DNA of 64,000 nucleotides from Oopsacas minuta (Eukaryota > Animalia > Porifera): the NCBI GenBank assembly GCA_024704765.1, contig JAKMXF010000111.1, positions 310,001 through 374,000 of the forward strand, in the 5' to 3' direction. The notes below the pieces were generated by a model. That model was given only the letters and a program-made list of their open reading frames with translations, was not told where the DNA came from and ran no database searches. The translations under genes were made by a program, and so were the position numbers. Of this stretch, positions 58,274-64,000 are shown in pieces (the first letter of the stretch is position 1; every line of letters begins with the position of its first letter).

Positions 58274-58432
58274 GAGATCAAATCGATGTTAGGCGAAAAG
58301 AAAATCTAATTCAAAGATAAACATGGTTAGTAATGATGACTTAATCAGTAGATATAAATGCCTAAAAATAGAAACAGCCACAAAATTCAATTTGCACAAA
58401 AATTACATCAAACATAGTAAAACTACCTGTAG

Positions 58433-58960
58433 AACAAGAAGGAAGCTAATCCTGCGGAATGCTTTTTCGGGCCTTCGGCCCTCACGATTGTCTTTTGGAG
58501 TTTACGAACGTTACGCGTCCGCATATAATAGCCTCCAGGCACCTATTTATTAGATTTTTTTATTCACTGGTATATTTAAGCTTACCTTGTAGTACATTAC
58601 TCAAGCGTTACTTATCTCTTAAATCCATTCACATCTCTTGCATTATAAGGCTATTTCGATTTTGAAATTCTAATTTGTTGTGTTGAGTGTCCAGAACTCA
58701 AAAAATATCCCAGACTTTTTCATATTATCCGAAGGAAGGAATCTGATTGGCCAACGTTGACCTCCGAAAATGCATTGATTTATATGGACGAGGAGTGAAA
58801 AATTCATATAGCTTGTCCATATTGTTTCGATTCAAAAAATTATTCTTTTTTGGAAGGTTGAGTACAACTTAGTCGACACACAAAATTTGGTTCGAATCGC
58901 CCCAGGCATCCCTGAGAAAACGCGTGGACACACACACATACACTTTGTTTTATATATAGA
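58433..58960. mobile_element. Helitron/Helentron-like non-autonomous element
   Basis: One end reads TCTATATATAAAACAAAGTGTATGTGTGTG (minus strand); the other carries a GGGCC-TTC-GGCCC hairpin. Related TCTATA...(GTTT/GTCT)n ends occur near 14310, 51020 and 57180. Confidence 0.4.
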
Positions 58961-59961
58961 GATTAGGTATATACATTTCGACCACTAAAATGACTCAAAA
59001 TATCGTTTCCATTGACCCACCCCCTTTACTCATGAATTCTACTTCATACACATAGTTATACATATATTTGATTGACATATAAATTTTTGCAATTCTAATT
59101 AATTTGGGCTAAGAGTCTAAAATCTTACAGGTAAAAACATTTTGTCACCTCTCTAGATAGTTTGAGAGATATCGCTTTGATATTAGATTATGTTCCTAGA
59201 TCAATCACATCCCACACACATGCCGGTTTTCAAGTTCCTAGATCACGAGTTCTGCAATCAATTCTGGATACAAAAAATAGAAACATCTAACCATCGAGTT
59301 TAAATATATAGGAAATCAATAATTATATGATTTAATATCTAACTCACCACAGAGCGGATAGAATTTTGTAAACCGATCATTTTATACTAGGATAGTGGTG
59401 TTTTATGATCTCCTAAAAGAGATAATTCTTAAATGTGAGATTTGTGATGTTTATAGTATATCATGACTTACACAAATGTATTCATTGTGGAACCAGTAAG
59501 GAATGTTTGTGTGCTTGATAATTCAGCCATACATCTAGCTCGTAGATCCTCATCTGATCATACTCTGGCTTGGAGGTAGAGTCTGCACTATTGGTATGGC
59601 TGAGGGATGTCCAAACATCTCGTTTAATTTTTGTAATTAGGTTTTTAAACTCCTCACTTCCCAAGGGGATAAATTACCCTGCCAAGTAAAGGCTATTCCG
59701 ATCTTTTCTCCTATGATCTGAGTAAATTGATCTATCATACGGGAAAGCCGGAGTTTGGTGTTGTGCTTTGTCATACTTAGAGGCTTTGGTTATGGTTTTA
59801 GCTAATCCGATGCCGAAAATATTCTAATTCGCCATTAAATTATATTACTTATATATTAATAATTACAATAATTAAATAAAACAGATATGGAAAAATTCAA
59901 AATTAATATCCTATTTAATATCGCAGGTTTTCCTGGGCCGATTCCAAATTTGTGCGCATGC

Positions 59962-60034
59962 TCAAAGTAGCAATGAGCATAATCAAAGTAGCAATTGAGC
60001 ATAATCAAAGTAGCAATGAGCATAATCAAAGTAG
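59962..60034. repeat. 21-bp tandem repeat TCAAAGTAGCAATGAGCATAA, about 3.5 units
   Basis: Direct inspection; one unit has an extra T. Confidence 0.9.
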
Positions 60035-60342
60035 TATTTATTATATGACAAATTTTATCCCATGGAAAAACTTTTGAAAATAAACAGGAAATATACAATA
60101 ACTAATTTGAATACCACAATAATTACAAAATATAGTAAAGCAACAATTATCATTAATAAACACAGTAATTTCTTAGGATACAACCTAACAGCAAGAATAA
60201 CTATTAGTATTATACATATATTTATATACGAGATATACATACAAGGGAAAGATAGAGCACAAATTCAAAGCATGTAGTCATGTTGTAAGAATACTGTTGG
60301 AATGATGTTCTTTTATAGATATGAAATCTTTAGATCCTATAT

Positions 60343-63056
60343 TTATATGTTTTCATAAATTTTAATAGCATTCTTGTCGCTTGTCTGTTTTGGAATAACA
60401 TCATTGCCATAAATATTTGATATTTTTATATCTGCATCTGAAGTGTTCAATGATTTCTCATTTGTTCCCAAACACACAGGATTTGATTTTCCGTGAAGTT
60501 CTACATTCTCTGTTCGATTATTAATGGCGTGAGTAGGTATACTTCTCTTTTTGCATAAGAAGATGAAAATTGATACTAGAATGCATGTGCCAATGAGGAT
60601 AACCATGAACAGCAAGATAATTATTGCAATGAGTAAAACAGTAAAGGTTGGAGCTGGCGTTGATACTATTGTTGTAAAATGTGTTGTAGGATTTGTTGTA
60701 GGATTTGTTGTAGGATTTGTTATAGGATTTGTTATAGAATTTGTTATAGAATTTGTTATAGGATTTGTTATAGGATTTGTTGTAGGATTTGTTATAGGAT
60801 TTGTTATAGGATTTGTTGTAGGATTTGTTATAGGATTTGTCGTAATTGTTAATGTTCGAATAGATATATGAGCAGTTGTGTAAGTTACGCCAGAACCAGT
60901 CAGTCGTATCAGGGAGAAATTTCCACTATTTGTACTAGTTAATTCGGGGATAATATATGTAGATGTAATTATTGTATCTTTTTGGTTTGAAATCATCCAT
61001 AAACATTCAGGTAGACTGCAGGTGAATGTAATATCTTTTGTGCCAAGAAGTATACTGATCACTTTTGGAGATGGAAACATTGGATTAGTTATATCACTGA
61101 ATGATTCGTTATATCCTTCATAGCTGACTGTTATTGTAGTAGTGTCTAATAATGTAGGGGTATTCGGTATATACTAGAATTTTCACATTGATAATATTAT
61201 TTATGGCAAATTACCTTTGATAGCTAGTTGTAGGCTCCCTAATAATGTAACAGGTCTCATCCCAAATATACAACTGAACACATAGACACCTGTTCCTACA
61301 TTAGAGAATACTGTACTCAAAAGAACAGGGTTAGGATACTCAATACTGTAGGTTATATTTTCAGCATCTTTGACTATATCTGTTATCCAACGTATCATAC
61401 TGCCAGGAATAATACTATTATTATTATTTGAATAGTAGATCTTTGAGGCAGGAGAAATCACTGAATACTCAACTTGTAATTGACTATCAAAGTTAGATAT
61501 AACTACAATGGATAAATGCGTATTTTGAGTTGATCACATTATACAATTATACAAATCAATTCCTACCTGTAATTGAATCAATATTGATCTGTATAGCACA
61601 GACTTCTTGTCCATTCCAGTTAGTTACATACAACTTATACAAACCAACATTTTGTAATGTAACAATATTTGGAATTGTTAGAGTAGAGAGTGAATAGTTT
61701 CCATCTGGATGTATCCATTTCCCCTCAATGTTACTTGTTATAGAAACATCTTTGACACCAATAGGGATTTCTAGATTATTAATGGCGGGGTACACTGCTG
61801 AAATATGTTCAACAATAATGTCACCATACAGAACGATTATTTGTGGAACTAGAAACAAATAGGAAATGATGAGTGAGGAATAATATACAGTGACATGAGT
61901 ACCTTTAATACGAATAATATTTGTGGAAATTTTAACTCCATTTCGTGAGCAGCTCATGCTCAAGTTAGTTGTTGAAGAATTATCCATCAAACTGTATATA
62001 TTGATAGGATTGAGTAGAGTAGCTACATCCTGTACAAACCAGCCAAACAGAGACAAACTGCCACCATCCATAGGATCACATAATAGTAATACATCCTGTC
62101 TGTCTACTCCTACAATATAGTTGTATGTAGCACCTGATATAGCAACTAGATGGGAGATTATAATGATACAGTAGATAATGGATATAGTGGTAATGTCAGA
62201 GGCACTGAATTTTCTACAAAATTATCACTATATCCATTATAATTATCCATAGTACAACTAAATATGGAAATGATAAAGATAAATCTCTTACCTGTTGTCA
62301 AAGAGAGATCATACAAACCAATTGTATGAGATAATGCAGCAGTTAATTGACACTGATAATATCCTTGTTTTGAGATATTAATTGCTAACCAACTGAATCC
62401 AGATTCTGTGTTGCTATGAGTTGCTATCAATTCTTCGCTGTTTGTAAATTCTGCGTTTGCAGAAAATCTCCAGATTACTACACCACTCAATCCACCACAA
62501 ACTAATGTAATAGATTCGTGTAAGAACGTGTTGCCATTCAATATTCGAAAGTCCAATCCTTCATTCGTAAGTTCTCCGAATATACCAACTAAAAGAAACC
62601 ATTTAAACCTCTTAACCAAATAACTATTAATACATTACATTAGCTGACCTGTTGTTACAGTACTGTTTGATGGTCTTCTACAGATGAATGTATTTCTTAT
62701 CATTTCACAGCTTACCGTCTTCCAACTTCCTTGTCCAGCTTTGATTATTTCAACACAATCTTCATCCCCAGCAGATGGTACACCTCCTGTCCAGTTTGTA
62801 TGACTATATACTGAACCATCAATCCAGGAATAAGTTCCATCACCATCTCTATCATTCAATCCTATCCAGCAATTACTCACTGTATCAGGGATAATAGTGT
62901 ATAAGTAATTATTCTCTCTCTCTGTAGTAATACTAGTCAAGTCACCACCCCATATAGCACAACTAGATTGAGCATCTAACCAGTTGATTCCATCACTCAC
63001 TTCAAATACTCGATAGCATGAACCTTCATAGATCAGATCACATCCTTTTGAATTAC
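60343..63056 (-). CDS. Second C-type lectin / Ig-like receptor: CTLD-A-B-C-B-C, Thr-rich stalk, TM, Tyr-motif tail; signal exon not in window
   Basis: Phase-1 exons 63056-62649 (CTLD, 408 nt), 62588-62292, 62145-61903, 61848-61567, 61502-61215, final 61173-60343. Same A/B/C signatures as the plus-strand gene (C: GKWIHPDG...VGLYKLYVTNW). Tail ends SNIYGN...KIYENI*. The final junction is 2 nt out of phase at a TATATA run. Confidence 0.82.
60683..60840 (-). repeat. Coding 12-bp VNTR encoding a (TNPI/TNPT/TNSI) mucin-like stalk, 13 units
   Basis: Plus-strand unit GTAGGATTTGTT / ATAGGATTTGTT, in frame in ORF 60343-61080. Confidence 0.95.
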
Positions 63057-63189
63057 CTATATATATTATGGAACGGGAGGAAATATATTGAGATTCAAAT
63101 TCGTCGTTTCATTTGACACCAATTGATATATAGTATTCATTTTATATTCATTCTCTTCATAGATCTATAAAATTTACAGCTCACAATTA

Positions 63190-63805
63190 CAGTGGAACCT
63201 CGCTTAACGGCCACTCCAGAATTCCGGCCACTCCAGAATTCCGGCCACTCCGCTATTCCGAATTACGGCCATACTTTTAGAACGAAACCCTATTTTAACT
63301 TCAGAATTACGGCTAATCTTAACAATAGGAATCACTATTGGATGTTTGAAAACGAAAACAATTTCTGGACAATTAAATAACAATACATTGGAGTGTATAC
63401 ATATAAATGCAAAGCAGATTAATGAGACAGTAATTCATACATTATTAATGGCATCGAGCAATCGCAATGAGCTGGATCTCAAACGGAAAGTGGGGTTAAT
63501 TCATAATTCTTCTGGACAATCGCATCGGCAATTGACAAGTAAGATTCAACATAGGAAAAACCCAAGTATCTTCCATGCTAAAACGAAAACAGAGTATTTG
63601 GCCGATTATGAGACAGAAAGCGCCATTGCTATTCCAACGAATTTAATGTACTTGACACTACTATGTGGGATTGGTTTCAATCTGCTCGTCCAAAAAACAT
63701 AACCCTCTTCGGGCCCTTAATAGAATATGATTTCTTTCAAAAATTTTCACAATTATGGCCACTTTTCTCGGTCCCGAGGGTGACCGTTTTTCCGGGGTTC
63801 CACTG
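63190..63805 (+). mobile_element. pogo/Tigger element with internal deletion
   Basis: Ends CAGTGGAACCTCG / CGGGGTTCCACTG, TA flanks, subterminal 17-bp repeats CGGCCACTCCAGAATTC. Frameshifted CENP-B/Tc5 HTH remnant (NRNELDLKRKV...FNIGKTQVS...MWDWFQSAR...GPLI). Confidence 0.9.
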
Positions 63806-64000
63806 TAGTTATTTTTCTGGCGCCTTAAGTAAATTAGGATAATCTGCACATTTTTTGCACGAAAAATCTATTTGATAGTTAGTAATATATGAGTGGTTAA
63901 AATACTTAGTTTCTATGTTTTTCATTTACATATCATGACTTTCAAAGAACTCGACAACAATCGTTTCGTTTGTATACATTCGATAGCCTGAGTCCTTGGC

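Noticed and set aside
59482-59760. Frameshifted peptide reminiscent of BEN/DUF4806 domains (FTWQGN...VWLNYQA)
   Set aside because: Resemblance too weak to call by eye.
60551-60871. 106-aa plus-strand ORF with VGFV repeats
   Set aside because: Antisense of the mucin VNTR and TM segment.

Overview
AT-rich (about one third GC) eukaryotic, animal-type DNA with very short GT-AG introns (41-120 nt are common), several intronless genes and many non-autonomous DNA transposons. This style, plus the expanded NHL-propeller family, suggests a sponge, possibly a glass sponge (inference only, not tested). Contents in order: a stand-alone, active-site-divergent saccharopine-dehydrogenase-fold enzyme; a tandem array of four NHL-only beta-propeller genes (one disrupted); cytoplasmic Asn-tRNA ligase; a secreted/anchored laccase-type multicopper oxidase; an orphan 3' exon of a G-alpha subunit; an internally deleted THAP/P-type element; an MPP5/7-like MAGUK with an extra N-terminal PDZ; a two-exon PLAAT/LRAT-family gene; an orphan aspartic-protease exon; a coiled-coil+NHL gene; and Tc1, pogo and hAT remnants. 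The most striking feature is a receptor family invisible in the ORF track. One member is a 24-exon, about 2,270-aa type-I membrane protein: signal, C-type lectin, Ig, Ig, C-type lectin, six A-B-C Ig-like triads, FN3, TM and a 13-aa tail ending S-Q-I. The second is a shorter relative on the minus strand with a mucin stalk and a tyrosine-motif tail. All 23 introns of the large gene are phase 1, and a 98%-identical inverted copy of its TM/tail sequence lies 14 kb upstream, so the gene is bracketed by inverted repeats. Several genes carry 1-2 bp indels in homopolymer/dinucleotide runs that may be assembly errors. All alignments and exon models were made by eye.
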